DNA of 64,000 nucleotides from Gemmatimonadota bacterium (GTDB lineage: Bacteria; Gemmatimonadota; Gemmatimonadetes; Longimicrobiales; Gaopeijiaceae): positions 3,781 to 67,780 of the forward strand of contig JBDHKE010000013.1 of assembly GCA_039586555.1 (NCBI GenBank), read 5' to 3'. This document shows positions 9,165-18,575 of the stretch, piece after piece (position 1 is the stretch's first letter; each line of letters opens with the position of its first letter). The notes below the pieces were generated by a model. The model saw only the letters and a list, made by a program, of their open reading frames with translations. It did no database searches and had not been told where the DNA came from. The translations under genes were made by a program, and so were the position numbers.

Positions 9165-10793
9165 ATGCGACGCTCACGCCGCCGACTGCTCTGGCTGCTT
9201 GCCGCCGTCCCCCTCGTACTCGTGGGGGCCGCCCTGCTGTACATGCTGGGCATGGCCCACCTGGAGGGCGACCCACGAACGTTCGGGTCCAGCCTCGAGT
9301 GGGCGGCGGAGACGATGACGACCACGGGCTATGGCAAGGACGCGAGCTGGAGCCACCCCGTCATGCAGGCCTTCGTTATCGTCGTCCAATTCGCGGGCGT
9401 GTTCCTGACGTTCATGCTCTTCCCCGTCTTCGTCATCCCGTTCTTCGAGGAGCGATTCGAGGGGCGGCTTCCCACTCAGATCCCGAAGCTGAAGGACTAC
9501 ATCGTCATCTACCGGTGGGGGCCCGCCGTGAGCTCGCTGGTGGAGGAGCTCGACCACAAGCGTGTTCCGGTCGTAATCCTCGAGGAGGACCTCAGCCTCG
9601 CGCGCCTCCTCCACGACCGGGGGCGTCACGTATTACACGTGAATCTCGACGAGGATGATGCCCTCCTGGGACAGCTATCAGGAGCGCGGGGATTGGTGGC
9701 CAACGGCACCGACCAGAAGAACGCAGTCATCACCGTGAGCGCGCGACAGAGGGGCTTCCAGGGCCCCATCGTGGCGCTCGTGGCGAATCCGAGCCGCCGC
9801 CCGCCCCTACAGCGCGCGGGAGCGACGGCCGTGTTCACCCCGCGGCATGCACTCGCCCTGGCGGTCGCCGCGAAGGCGAGTGACAAGATCAGCCCGCGCG
9901 TCTCCGGGGTCCAGAGCCTGGGGCGGCACCTGGAGATCGCTGAGATGCGGGTCCATCGAGAGAGCGATCTCGTGGGCAAGACGCTCCAGGAAGCCCACGT
10001 TCGGCGCCGTACCGGCGCGACGATCATCGGGCGCTGGGTCGGGGGCGAGCTACTGGCCCAGCCCGCGCTGCGCCAGCCCATCGAGCAGGGTTCGATCCTG
10101 GTGGCGGTGGGGAGCCAGGGCGCGATTCGAAAACTCCGGGACCTGATCGCGCCGGCCGAGACGGGCGGCCACTTCGTGATCGTCGGCTACGAGGAGACTG
10201 GCATCAAGATCGCGCAATTCCTCCGGGATGCGGAGGAGGAAACACGGGTGATTCACACCGCCGCCAAGGAAGGAGTGGACTTGGTTGGCGACGTGCTCGA
10301 CGAGGAACGGCTCCGCGAGGTGGGCGTGGCGGACGCCCGCGCGGTCATCCTCGCGATCGAGGACGATAGCGAGACGCTGTTTGGAGCCGCCGTGGTCCGC
10401 GACGTCGCGCCCGAGACCACCATCATCGCCAGCGTGAAGCGGGCGGAGAACGTGGCCCGCATCCATCGGGCAGGCGCCGACCACGCACTCTCGGTCAGCC
10501 AGGTGGCCGGTCAGCTGCTGGCCTTCCAGCTTCTGGGAGAGGAGTCCTTCTCCGTTCAGCCCCGGATCAAGCTGGTGCGGACGCTGGCCGGAAGTCTGGC
10601 CGGGAGGAAGCTCCTGGCCGCGCGCGTCACCGAGCGCACCGGCTGCTACATCGTCGCCGTTGAGCGCGGCAGTGATGTGATCGTAGAGTTCGATCCCGAC
10701 TTCATGCTGGAGGAGCGAGACGTGGTCTACGTCAGCGGCACTCTCGACATGATCTCCAAGTACTTCGAGACGTACCCCGAGGTCAGACCCTAG
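9165..10793 (+). CDS. Two-TM potassium channel with tandem RCK (TrkA-N/TrkA-C) domains
   Basis: Selectivity filter TMTTTGYGK between two transmembrane helices, followed by two Rossmann-type RCK_N regions (VIYRWGP..., HFVIVGYEETG...) and TrkA-C-like segments. Confidence 0.85.
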   Translation: MRRSRRRLLWLLAAVPLVLVGAALLYMLGMAHLEGDPRTFGSSLEWAAETMTTTGYGKDASWSHPVMQAFVIVVQFAGVFLTFMLFPVFVIPFFEERFEGRLPTQIPKLKDYIVIYRWGPAVSSLVEELDHKRVPVVILEEDLSLARLLHDRGRHVLHVNLDEDDALLGQLSGARGLVANGTDQKNAVITVSARQRGFQGPIVALVANPSRRPPLQRAGATAVFTPRHALALAVAAKASDKISPRVSGVQSLGRHLEIAEMRVHRESDLVGKTLQEAHVRRRTGATIIGRWVGGELLAQPALRQPIEQGSILVAVGSQGAIRKLRDLIAPAETGGHFVIVGYEETGIKIAQFLRDAEEETRVIHTAAKEGVDLVGDVLDEERLREVGVADARAVILAIEDDSETLFGAAVVRDVAPETTIIASVKRAENVARIHRAGADHALSVSQVAGQLLAFQLLGEESFSVQPRIKLVRTLAGSLAGRKLLAARVTERTGCYIVAVERGSDVIVEFDPDFMLEERDVVYVSGTLDMISKYFETYPEVRP

Positions 10794-10836
10794 TTCACCG
10801 GAATCGGACTCCGCCAACGGGCCAGCGACGATTCGC

Positions 10837-12000
10837 TCAGAAATACACCCGTCCCCTGAGGAATCCCCCTGCGTCCCCGGTCCCGAACTCGGTCCCCTCC
10901 GGACCCAGCGGAACTACGCCGTTGAGTGTGAGATCCACATTCTCGGCGAAGGCGTACACCACCGCAGGCACCAGCGCCACGCTCCCGTCACCCATGTTCA
11001 CTAGCCCGGACATTCCAACCGTCCAGATCTGAGCAACCGTCCGATTCACCAGAGCGAGGAGAATGCCCTGGCCCAAAGAGAGACGATGGCCCAGGGCTCG
11101 GGCCAGCCAGGACTTCAATGCGTAGGAGTCCCCCCACTCCCCGCGACCGTTGAAATAGGTCTCCAGAAGGATGAACGTGCCGTTCTCCAGGGTGTAGTTT
11201 CCGCCCACCGTTGCTTCAAGCCACCTCTTCCCATCGTGGCTCGACCAGGCGGCCTCACCCCAGACGCCCAGCCCCAGAACTTCACCCGAGAGGTCTCCCC
11301 CCACGGTGATCCGGCGCTCCAGATCCTCCTCCCCCCCGAGCTCCGACGAGGCGACGGGCTCGTATAGCTCCGCCACCAGAGCCGACACGTCGACCCCCCG
11401 GACGTGATGTCGTGCCCGGAGAACCTTGCCGCTGGTGTCGAGACTACCGTTGGGGACAAGGGCCATCTGGATGTCGCTCAGGGCCCCCAAAGGAATCTTG
11501 GTCGAGATCGCGCCCACACCCTCACGTTCGTACGTGGGCTCGAGCACATCCTTGGGCCGGAAGAACTCCGTTGGGTTGTAGGCCCAGGATGCCCCCCAGG
11601 TCAGGTACTGCTTCCCCGCCGTTACCTCCACCGGCCCGACGTTCAGGCTCAAGTAGGCATGATTGAGAAAGTCCCGATCCTCGATCTCGGTGAAGACGCT
11701 GTCGGCATCGGGCACCAGATCCTCCGGAAGGAAGTCCTCCAGCCTCACCTCGGTCCGTCCCCGGTAGAGTTGCCAGACCACCGCGGCGGACATGCGGGTC
11801 CCCAGGCCGGCGCGCGCATCCAGATCCATCCTGAGCCGATCGTAGTCGAGGATCGTCCAGTCTCCTCCTGCGTAGCGCATCGAGAACTGGTGCTCCAGGT
11901 ATCCATTCACCCGAGCGTTGACAGACTGGCCGTGGACGCCAGCCGCGGTCCACACGAGGAGGAGGATCGGGGCGAGGGCAAGGGTCGGTGATGGGCCCAT
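10837..12000 (-). CDS. Putative outer-membrane beta-barrel protein (last gene of the Lol-like ABC cluster)
   Basis: Signal peptide (PTLALAPILLLVWTAAGVHG), alternating beta-strand pattern and a C-terminal aromatic residue (...RGRVYF). Its start overlaps the end of the LolA-like gene. Confidence 0.55.
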   Translation of the reverse strand: MGPSPTLALAPILLLVWTAAGVHGQSVNARVNGYLEHQFSMRYAGGDWTILDYDRLRMDLDARAGLGTRMSAAVVWQLYRGRTEVRLEDFLPEDLVPDADSVFTEIEDRDFLNHAYLSLNVGPVEVTAGKQYLTWGASWAYNPTEFFRPKDVLEPTYEREGVGAISTKIPLGALSDIQMALVPNGSLDTSGKVLRARHHVRGVDVSALVAELYEPVASSELGGEEDLERRITVGGDLSGEVLGLGVWGEAAWSSHDGKRWLEATVGGNYTLENGTFILLETYFNGRGEWGDSYALKSWLARALGHRLSLGQGILLALVNRTVAQIWTVGMSGLVNMGDGSVALVPAVVYAFAENVDLTLNGVVPLGPEGTEFGTGDAGGFLRGRVYF

Positions 12001-12010
12001 GAAGGCGGTC

Positions 12011-12796
12011 TCACCCTCCACTTTCCAGATAGCGAAGGGTGAAGACCTGTTCTGGGACGTCGATGTCGAACTCCAGCTCCAGGAACTGGAGAACCGTCCT
12101 CGTCTCGGTCTGGAGGGCGCTGTCCATCTCCACCCGGAACGGGTACCAGCGATCCCCTACTCGCCTGACGTCCCCCAAAACGGCCGTCTTGAGCAGCCTT
12201 CCACTCCGGGCGAAGCGCTCCTCCTTGAGAGGGATCCACCGCTCCGAGTCGATCCACACCTTCCTCATGGGATAGGTCAGATCACGCCGCTTCGCGGTCA
12301 GTGCAAGGACCAGCGTGGGACGCCCGTCCAGGATCTCCTCACCCTCGACGACACCGTCGTAGTCCTCCACCATGCTGGGATTCTCGCTGGCGTCCCCGTA
12401 AGAGAAGTCGCTTCCCATGAGGCCCTGCCGCAGCATGTGTCCCTGGATGCGTACGCTCTTCCCCACCCTGGGGAGGAAGATCCACATGTGGTCCTCCATG
12501 CGGAGGAAGCGGCTTCCAGCATCCCGGGCGGGTTCGGTGAACTCCAGGAAGGAGCGTTCCGTTCCCTCCGCCCACGACCCGAACACCAGGTCTCGCACGT
12601 CCCCGTCCCGATACTGGATGCTCATGCGTGCCCGAGACCGGATCGTCTCGATGGTCATGTTCCGATCCACGCGCCTGAGAACATCCTCAGCGCTCTCCTG
12701 GGCCTGGGCCGCCCTGTTGGAGACCAATAGGGCCATCCAGGTCATCAGGGCGGCTGCCAACCACCGCGCCACGGGAGATCCTCGAAGCCCGGTCAC
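12011..12796 (-). CDS. LolA-like outer-membrane lipoprotein-sorting protein family protein
   Basis: 261 aa, signal peptide, ~230-aa mature domain with the pattern seen in LolA-fold 'outer membrane lipoprotein-sorting protein' genes that accompany FtsX/ABC clusters. Overlaps the upstream permease by 4 nt. Confidence 0.65.
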   Translation of the reverse strand: MTGLRGSPVARWLAAALMTWMALLVSNRAAQAQESAEDVLRRVDRNMTIETIRSRARMSIQYRDGDVRDLVFGSWAEGTERSFLEFTEPARDAGSRFLRMEDHMWIFLPRVGKSVRIQGHMLRQGLMGSDFSYGDASENPSMVEDYDGVVEGEEILDGRPTLVLALTAKRRDLTYPMRKVWIDSERWIPLKEERFARSGRLLKTAVLGDVRRVGDRWYPFRVEMDSALQTETRTVLQFLELEFDIDVPEQVFTLRYLESGG

Positions 12797-14055
12797 GATC
12801 TCAACGCCTCCGCCGGTGTCATGCGAATGGCGCGCCAGGCCGGGTAGAGCGCCGCGAGTCCAGCGGCCAGCGTTCCGGCGAAGGCGCTCACGAGGGTGAA
12901 GCTCACCCTCCAGTCGGGGTACACCACGCCCTGTATGGGAAAGTCCACCGAGCTGAACGCATCCCCAACATTGATGCCGATGTGTTCAATGAGGATGGAA
13001 ACACCCGTGCCCAGGGCGCCCCCGGCCACGGCACCCAGCAGACCGATGGTCAGCCCTTCGGCCAGGATCAGCCTGACGATGTCGCTCCTCCTCATTCCCA
13101 GAGCCGCCTGCATGCCAAACTCGTGGGTGCGCTCCATCACGGTCATCAGCATCGTGTTGATGATGATGAGGCCAGCCATGAGGAGGAGCAGGAGGAGGAC
13201 CACGCCGAAGATAGGACGCACCATGTCGAGGGTCTGGATCAACGGGCCCTGGTCCTCCCAGGAGAGAACCTCGAGGTCGTCCTCCGAGAGTCCATCGAGC
13301 TGGGCAGCCAGTTCGTTCGATAGATTCTCGGCGTCATCCGCATCTCGGGCGAACACCACGACCTCCGTCGCTGCATCCTCGAGTGCGGCGAAGTCCTGAG
13401 CCTGGTCCAGGGAAGCCATCAGGAGAACCCGATCCAGGAAGGCCATCCCGGATGCTGCGAGCCCTGTGATCTCCAGGCGTGCGCCGCCCAGGGACCGATA
13501 GGCCGTCTGCCCCAGGATCGTGATGCTGTCCCCGACGCCCACCTCCAGCGTCTCCGCGAAGCGCCGACCCACCAGGACTTCCGGGCGCCCGGCTCCGGGA
13601 ACCCGTCCCTCAACTGTGATGCCCGACGGATTCAGGTACGGCCCCTCCCTCTCCAGATCGACTCCCAGCAGCAGCCCTGGGCGGTTGGAGGACGCCCCGT
13701 CCACCAGAACGGAGGCCCGCACTCGGGGGATGGCTTCTTCCACCGCCGGATGCTGGCGAAGGGGCAGAAGGAGCCGGGAAAGCTCGCTCACGTTCAGGTG
13801 CATGGGCTGGAGACGCTCCCGGGCCGTGTAGCCGTCCCGGGTGATCCTCACGTGACCGGACTGGACCCGGGCGTAGGTCTCGATGGTGTGGTCCAGGAGG
13901 CCCGTGACGTGGGCCATGCCGTAGGTGAGCGCCGCCACCGCCACCGTGACCGCAAGACCGGTGAGCCCGCTACGCCGCGTGTTGCGGCGCGTGTTCCGCC
14001 AGGCCATGCGCCAGAGCGGGATCTTCCGTCGGGCAAGTCGGTCGGGTCTAGACAT
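12793..14055 (-). CDS. ABC transporter permease, FtsX/MacB/LolC-E family
   Basis: N-terminal TM helix, large periplasmic domain, C-terminal FtsX 3-TM bundle (...GMQAALGMRRSDIVRLILAEGLTIG...). Confidence 0.85.
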   Translation of the reverse strand: MSRPDRLARRKIPLWRMAWRNTRRNTRRSGLTGLAVTVAVAALTYGMAHVTGLLDHTIETYARVQSGHVRITRDGYTARERLQPMHLNVSELSRLLLPLRQHPAVEEAIPRVRASVLVDGASSNRPGLLLGVDLEREGPYLNPSGITVEGRVPGAGRPEVLVGRRFAETLEVGVGDSITILGQTAYRSLGGARLEITGLAASGMAFLDRVLLMASLDQAQDFAALEDAATEVVVFARDADDAENLSNELAAQLDGLSEDDLEVLSWEDQGPLIQTLDMVRPIFGVVLLLLLLMAGLIIINTMLMTVMERTHEFGMQAALGMRRSDIVRLILAEGLTIGLLGAVAGGALGTGVSILIEHIGINVGDAFSSVDFPIQGVVYPDWRVSFTLVSAFAGTLAAGLAALYPAWRAIRMTPAEALRS

Positions 14056-15334
14056 GGCGCAGTGCCTCCGCGGGATCCTGCGCGCTCGCCCGGGCCGCAG
14101 GGTAGAGGGATGCCAGGGCCGCCAGGACGCCTGTGGCCAGCCAGCACACGAGTAGGACGATCACGTCTACGGCCGGGTAGACCACACCCCTCACCGGGTA
14201 TCCGATGTCCATGTCACCGTACATAGCCGTCAGATCGATGCCCACCCGGGTGAGCCAGGCGATGATAGCGAAGGCGACGAGCGATCCCACCGCGCCACCC
14301 AGCAGGCCGGCCAAGGCCCCCTCGGTGAGGAACAGCCGACGAATGCCGGCAGCCCGCAGACCCATGGCCATCAGCATTCCGATCTCCCGGGTCCGCTCGA
14401 AGGCCGCCATGAGGATGGTGTTGGTGATCCCGACAACCGCCATGACCAGGAAGAGAGCCAGCATGATCGCCTGCCCCGTACGCTTCATCTGGACCAAGGA
14501 CATGAAGTCGGACTCCATCTCTCTCCAACCCTTCACCTCCGCACCGTCGGTCGCGGCCATCGCCTCCCTCAGCCGCTGTAGCGTCGCGTCCCCACCGGAT
14601 GAAGAGGAGAACCGTACCGCCAGCTCCGTTGCCACCGGACCCATATCCAGCAGGACCCGGGCGGCGTCCAGCGGGAGCAGGAAGCTGTTCTGGTCGATCA
14701 GCGGATTGCCGGTGCCCACGAGGCCAAGTACGGGCAGATCCACCGCCTCGTATGCGCCGGCCTGGGTCTTCGCGAGCACCGTGAGCCAATCGCCCGTGGA
14801 CACCTGGAAGAGCTCCGCCAAGCCACTTCCCAGGAGAATGCCCTCGTCCCCAGGCGCCAGATATCCGCCCCGCACCACGGCCTCCGAGATGCGGAAGACG
14901 TCGCTGTCACTGCCGCTGACATCGATGCCCACCCCCAGGCAGGCCACCTGGTCCGATCCATTGGAGATCTGCGCCGAGAAGACCAGCCGAGGGGTGGCGG
15001 CGGCCACCCCGCTCACACCCCGGACCCGACCCTCCAGCTCGTCCAGGTGCGAGAAGACGTACTCCAGGGGCATTTCGTCGCGCATCTCGAAGTATCCCTC
15101 GGGGAAGAGCTTGGCATGCGCCGTCTGGTAGTTGATCAGGTTGTCGAACGACTGCCTCTCGAGCCCGATCATCAGCGATTGGATCGCCTGCAGCAGCAAC
15201 ACCGCCACGGCCACTGTGCTGGCGGTGATCCAGGTTCGCCGGCGGTTTCGCTGCAGGTTTCGCCAGGCAATGCGCAGAGTGGCTCCCACGGATAGACGGC
15301 CCGGGATGATCTCAGGCTTCAAGGCCGCCTCCAT
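14048..15334 (-). CDS. ABC transporter permease, FtsX/MacB/LolC-E family (second copy)
   Basis: Same architecture as the first permease (...REIGMLMAMGLRAAGIRRLFLTEGALAG...). The track start (15412) overlaps the ATPase; an internal Met at about 15334 is more likely. Confidence 0.85.
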   Translation of the reverse strand: MEAALKPEIIPGRLSVGATLRIAWRNLQRNRRRTWITASTVAVAVLLLQAIQSLMIGLERQSFDNLINYQTAHAKLFPEGYFEMRDEMPLEYVFSHLDELEGRVRGVSGVAAATPRLVFSAQISNGSDQVACLGVGIDVSGSDSDVFRISEAVVRGGYLAPGDEGILLGSGLAELFQVSTGDWLTVLAKTQAGAYEAVDLPVLGLVGTGNPLIDQNSFLLPLDAARVLLDMGPVATELAVRFSSSSGGDATLQRLREAMAATDGAEVKGWREMESDFMSLVQMKRTGQAIMLALFLVMAVVGITNTILMAAFERTREIGMLMAMGLRAAGIRRLFLTEGALAGLLGGAVGSLVAFAIIAWLTRVGIDLTAMYGDMDIGYPVRGVVYPAVDVIVLLVCWLATGVLAALASLYPAARASAQDPAEALRHV

Positions 15335-16022
15335 TCCGCCGTTCGTCCGACTCCACTTGACCGTCTCGTAGGCGGACGAGCCGCGTGGCATGCCGCATGA
15401 CGAGAGGATCATGCGTGGAGAACACGAACGTCGTTCCGAACTTCTCGTTCATGGACTGCATGAGCTGGACGATCTCCAGGGCAGTGCCGCTGTCCAGGTT
15501 CGCGGTGGGCTCGTCGGCCAGCACCACCGTGGGGTCCTTTACCAACGCCCGGGCGATGGCCACGCGCTGCTGCTGTCCGCCGCTCAGGTGGGCGGGCCGA
15601 CGGTCGCCCAGCGATCCCAGGCCCACCTCCTCCAACATGTTCTGGACCCGGCTCCGGCGTTTCTCTTCGTCCTCGATTCCCAACAGCTGGAGAGGGAGCT
15701 CCACGTTCTCCCGAGCGGTGAGGACCGGAATCAGGTTGAACGTCTGGAAGACGAATCCCAGGTGGGTGTTCCGGAAATCCGCCAGCGTTCTGGAAGACAG
15801 GCCCTCCGTCTTCCGATCGCCGATCCAGACCGTGCCCGACGATGGGGTGTCCAGGGCGCCGAGCAGGTTGAGCAGGGTGGTCTTTCCGGATCCTGAGGGC
15901 CCGGCGAACGAGAGGAATGCCCCCGACTCGACGTGCAGGCTTACCCCTCGCACGGCGGGAACCTTCAGGTCACCCACCCGATAGGTTTTGGTGACGTCCA
16001 CCAGACGAGCCGCGATGCTCAT
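15312..16022 (-). CDS. ABC transporter ATP-binding protein (LolD/MacB-type)
   Basis: Walker A GPSGSGKTTLLN, Q-loop, signature LSGGQQQRVAIARAL, Walker B VVLADEPT, H-loop. Confidence 0.9.
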   Translation of the reverse strand: MSIAARLVDVTKTYRVGDLKVPAVRGVSLHVESGAFLSFAGPSGSGKTTLLNLLGALDTPSSGTVWIGDRKTEGLSSRTLADFRNTHLGFVFQTFNLIPVLTARENVELPLQLLGIEDEEKRRSRVQNMLEEVGLGSLGDRRPAHLSGGQQQRVAIARALVKDPTVVLADEPTANLDSGTALEIVQLMQSMNEKFGTTFVFSTHDPLVMRHATRLVRLRDGQVESDERRNGGGLEA

Positions 16023-16537
16023 GGTCCGCCTCCCCTCTCGGCATCGCCGGGTGCAGCCCCGCGCCGGGCTCCCCAGCCAGTGATCCCCTTCTCCATCAGG
16101 GCACCAAAATAGGTGTACAGGTCCCGCATCTCCTCCAGGCGAGCCCGGGCCTTGGGACGGTCATCCCCCACTGCCTCCACTCCAGCCTGGGCCAGTCTGA
16201 TTCCCTCGGACACCGCCGCCGTCCTCGTGCGAATCGCGTGTTCGAAGGGGTTCAGTGAAATCTCGTAGTAGTCCCTGCGATCCCCCGGCACCCCCACCCG
16301 CTGGACCAGACCCAGTTGCTGACAGAAACGGGCGTTGGTGCTCACCGATGCTTTGCTCACGTGGAGCCGCCGAGCAAGGTCGTCCAGCGAGAGCGGCTCC
16401 TCGGAAACCAGCAAGAGCCCCAGCAGGCGTCCGGCCGTGCGCGACATACCCAGGCGTTCGAGAAAGAGGCCCAGGCGTTCGATGAAGGTTTGGATCTCGG
16501 GCTTCAACTCCGCGCTCCTCCTTGGGGTCACCCGCAA
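16019..16537 (-). CDS. MarR/GbsR-like winged-helix transcriptional regulator
   Basis: 172 aa with an HTH region LSLDDLARRLHVSKASVSTNARFCQQLGLVQR. It is the first gene of the ABC/Lol-like cluster and overlaps the ATPase gene by 4 nt. Confidence 0.55.
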   Translation of the reverse strand: MRVTPRRSAELKPEIQTFIERLGLFLERLGMSRTAGRLLGLLLVSEEPLSLDDLARRLHVSKASVSTNARFCQQLGLVQRVGVPGDRRDYYEISLNPFEHAIRTRTAAVSEGIRLAQAGVEAVGDDRPKARARLEEMRDLYTYFGALMEKGITGWGARRGAAPGDAERGGGP

Positions 16538-16559
16538 ACCGGGAGCTGCTCCCTTCTAG

Positions 16560-16612
16560 GAGCATACTGCGTTAAGTATGTTCAATCAATACTGAATGTA
16601 TCGAAGAAGAGG
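16560..16612. promoter_or_regulatory. AT-rich promoter/operator region with nested palindromes upstream of the regulator-ABC operon
   Basis: AGCATACTgcgttaAGTATGTTCAATCAATACTGAATGTAT contains the inverted repeats CATACT/AGTATG, TTCA/TGAA and ATAC/GTAT. It is an AT-rich island in a GC-rich genome, 25 nt upstream of the MarR-like gene start. Confidence 0.35.
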
Positions 16613-16657
16613 AGCTTCTGTGTTGATCATGCAATCGGCAGACCGGGCCCGTCAGGT

Positions 16658-17704
16658 CTAGAGTGAGGAAGATGCGGGCAGCGGAGGTACCAGGTCCCGG
16701 GATATGGCTCGTGCAATCTCCCGGATCTGCTCCATGAGCTCGCCGAACTGCTCCGGATACAACGATTGAGCTCCGTCGGAAAGCGCCTGCGTCGGATCCG
16801 GATGCACCTCCACCATGAGGCCATCCGCACCCGCGGCCACCGCCGCCCGAGCCATGGGGATCACCTTCGCGCGCACCCCGGTACCATGACTCGGATCCGC
16901 GATGATCGGAAGATGTGAGAGAGACTTGACCACCGGAATCGCCGTCAGGTCCAGGAGGTTGCGGGTGTGGTTGTCGAAGCCCCTCACGCCGCGCTCGCAG
17001 AGGATCACCTGAGGATTGCCCTCGGCCAGGACGTACTCGGCGGCCAGAAGCAGCTCGGTGATCGTGGCTGAAAGCCCCCTCTTCAGTAACACCGGTTTGG
17101 CCTTCCTCCCCACTCTGCGCAGAAGGGGATAGTTCTGCATGTTGCGGGCACCGATCTGGATGATGTCGGCAACCTCGCTCACCAGATCCGCCCCCTCCGG
17201 ATCGAGTGCTTCCGTCGCGATCGCCATGCCACTGGCTTCCCTGGCCAGGGCCAGCAGCTCCAAGCCCCGCACTCCCAGGCCCTGGAAGGAGTACGGCGAG
17301 GTACGAGGCTTGAACGCTCCCCCCCTGAGCACCGTCGCTCCCATGGCCCTGAGCTCCTGGGCCATGTCCAGGATCTGCTCCTTGCCCTCCACGGCGCAGG
17401 GACCCGCGATGATGGCAATCTCCCGACCTCCGATACGGGTCCCGTTGTCCAACGTGATGACCGTGTCCTCGTCGCGCCATTCCCGAGAGACCTGCTTGTA
17501 CGGATGGGTAACCTCGATGAGATCCAACACCCCTGGAAGCCCCTCGAGGCGATTCGAGTCCACGCGGCCGTCGTTTCCGATGATCCCGATGGCCGTGCGC
17601 TGCTGGCCGGGAATGGGGCGTGCTTCGTACCCCATCTCCCGGATTCGAGCTTCCACCCGCTCGACGTCCTCGGCGGACGCGTTGTGCTTCATCACGACAA
17701 GCAT
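16658..17704 (-). CDS. aroF: 3-deoxy-7-phosphoheptulonate (DAHP) synthase, type I-beta with N-terminal regulatory domain
   Basis: The C-terminal TIM barrel matches the KDO8P/DAHP synthase family (IIAGPCAVE..., GARNMQNYPLL, ...ADPSHGTG...). An N-terminal ~70-aa ferredoxin-like extension is present. Confidence 0.82.
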   Translation of the reverse strand: MLVVMKHNASAEDVERVEARIREMGYEARPIPGQQRTAIGIIGNDGRVDSNRLEGLPGVLDLIEVTHPYKQVSREWRDEDTVITLDNGTRIGGREIAIIAGPCAVEGKEQILDMAQELRAMGATVLRGGAFKPRTSPYSFQGLGVRGLELLALAREASGMAIATEALDPEGADLVSEVADIIQIGARNMQNYPLLRRVGRKAKPVLLKRGLSATITELLLAAEYVLAEGNPQVILCERGVRGFDNHTRNLLDLTAIPVVKSLSHLPIIADPSHGTGVRAKVIPMARAAVAAGADGLMVEVHPDPTQALSDGAQSLYPEQFGELMEQIREIARAISRDLVPPLPASSSL

Positions 17705-17768
17705 AGCTGCACTCTGGTCTGACCTTCAGGTCATAGCCGGAAGGAATGGGCCGTGTGCGGCGCCCATC

Positions 17769-18575
17769 CTACCCGGAACGATTTGATATCCGGGTCCGCC
17801 CGTCCTCCACCTCGACCCGGAGGCCGTCCCAGCCAGCCAGGACCGTGCCCTCATACCCCGCTCCTCGAATGAGGTCCGGGACCCGTTCCGGGACCAGGTC
17901 CGGATACATGTGCGTGGCAATGGTCACGCCGGGGCGAGCGAGCCGCGCGAGCCGCGCCACTCCAGACGGTGTCAGATGATTGTCGTACCGAGGGGGATCC
18001 GGATGGCTGCACTCCACCAGGAGAACGTCCGGTCTGTCCAGAAACCTCGCCAGCTCGGGGTCCGGTCCGGTGTCCCCGGTGTATGCGATGACACCCCAAT
18101 CCGATTCCCAACGATACGCGACGGAGTGTTCGGTGTGGCGGGTGGGACAGGTTCGCAGGCGGAAGCGCTCCTCGGTGTCTCTCCATTCGCCTTCTCGAGC
18201 GACCTCGACAACCCTCACCGGAAACCCCGGATCCAGCACGCACCCAGCGAAGGCAGTGGACAGAGCATCCAGAAGCGTCTTCAGGCCCGGTGGGCCGATG
18301 ATCGTGAGCGGCGCCTCGCGGGGCGGATGCACGCCGTGCTTCAGAGCGAAAATGAACGGACCCAGATCACCCAGGTGATCGACGTGGAAATGGGTCAACC
18401 CGATGTGGCTCACTCCGTTCCAGCCGATTCCGCAGCGATCCATCCCGTGGAGTGCCCCCGAGCCGCAGTCCAGGAGCATCCGCACCCCTGGCGCCTCCAC
18501 GACATGACACGGCGAACGCCGGTCGTCGTCCGGAATCAGGGTCCCCGATCCCACCACCGTGACGCTCAAGGCCAA
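17769..18575 (-). CDS. MBL-fold metallo-hydrolase
   Basis: THFHVDHLGD metal-binding motif and a beta-lactamase-fold pattern. Overlaps the upstream subtilase-like gene by 10 nt. Confidence 0.72.
   Translation of the reverse strand: MALSVTVVGSGTLIPDDDRRSPCHVVEAPGVRMLLDCGSGALHGMDRCGIGWNGVSHIGLTHFHVDHLGDLGPFIFALKHGVHPPREAPLTIIGPPGLKTLLDALSTAFAGCVLDPGFPVRVVEVAREGEWRDTEERFRLRTCPTRHTEHSVAYRWESDWGVIAYTGDTGPDPELARFLDRPDVLLVECSHPDPPRYDNHLTPSGVARLARLARPGVTIATHMYPDLVPERVPDLIRGAGYEGTVLAGWDGLRVEVEDGRTRISNRSG

Noticed and set aside
16572-17480. 302-aa Gly/Arg-rich minus-strand ORF
   Set aside because: Overlaps the DAHP synthase gene in another frame with low-complexity composition; spurious.
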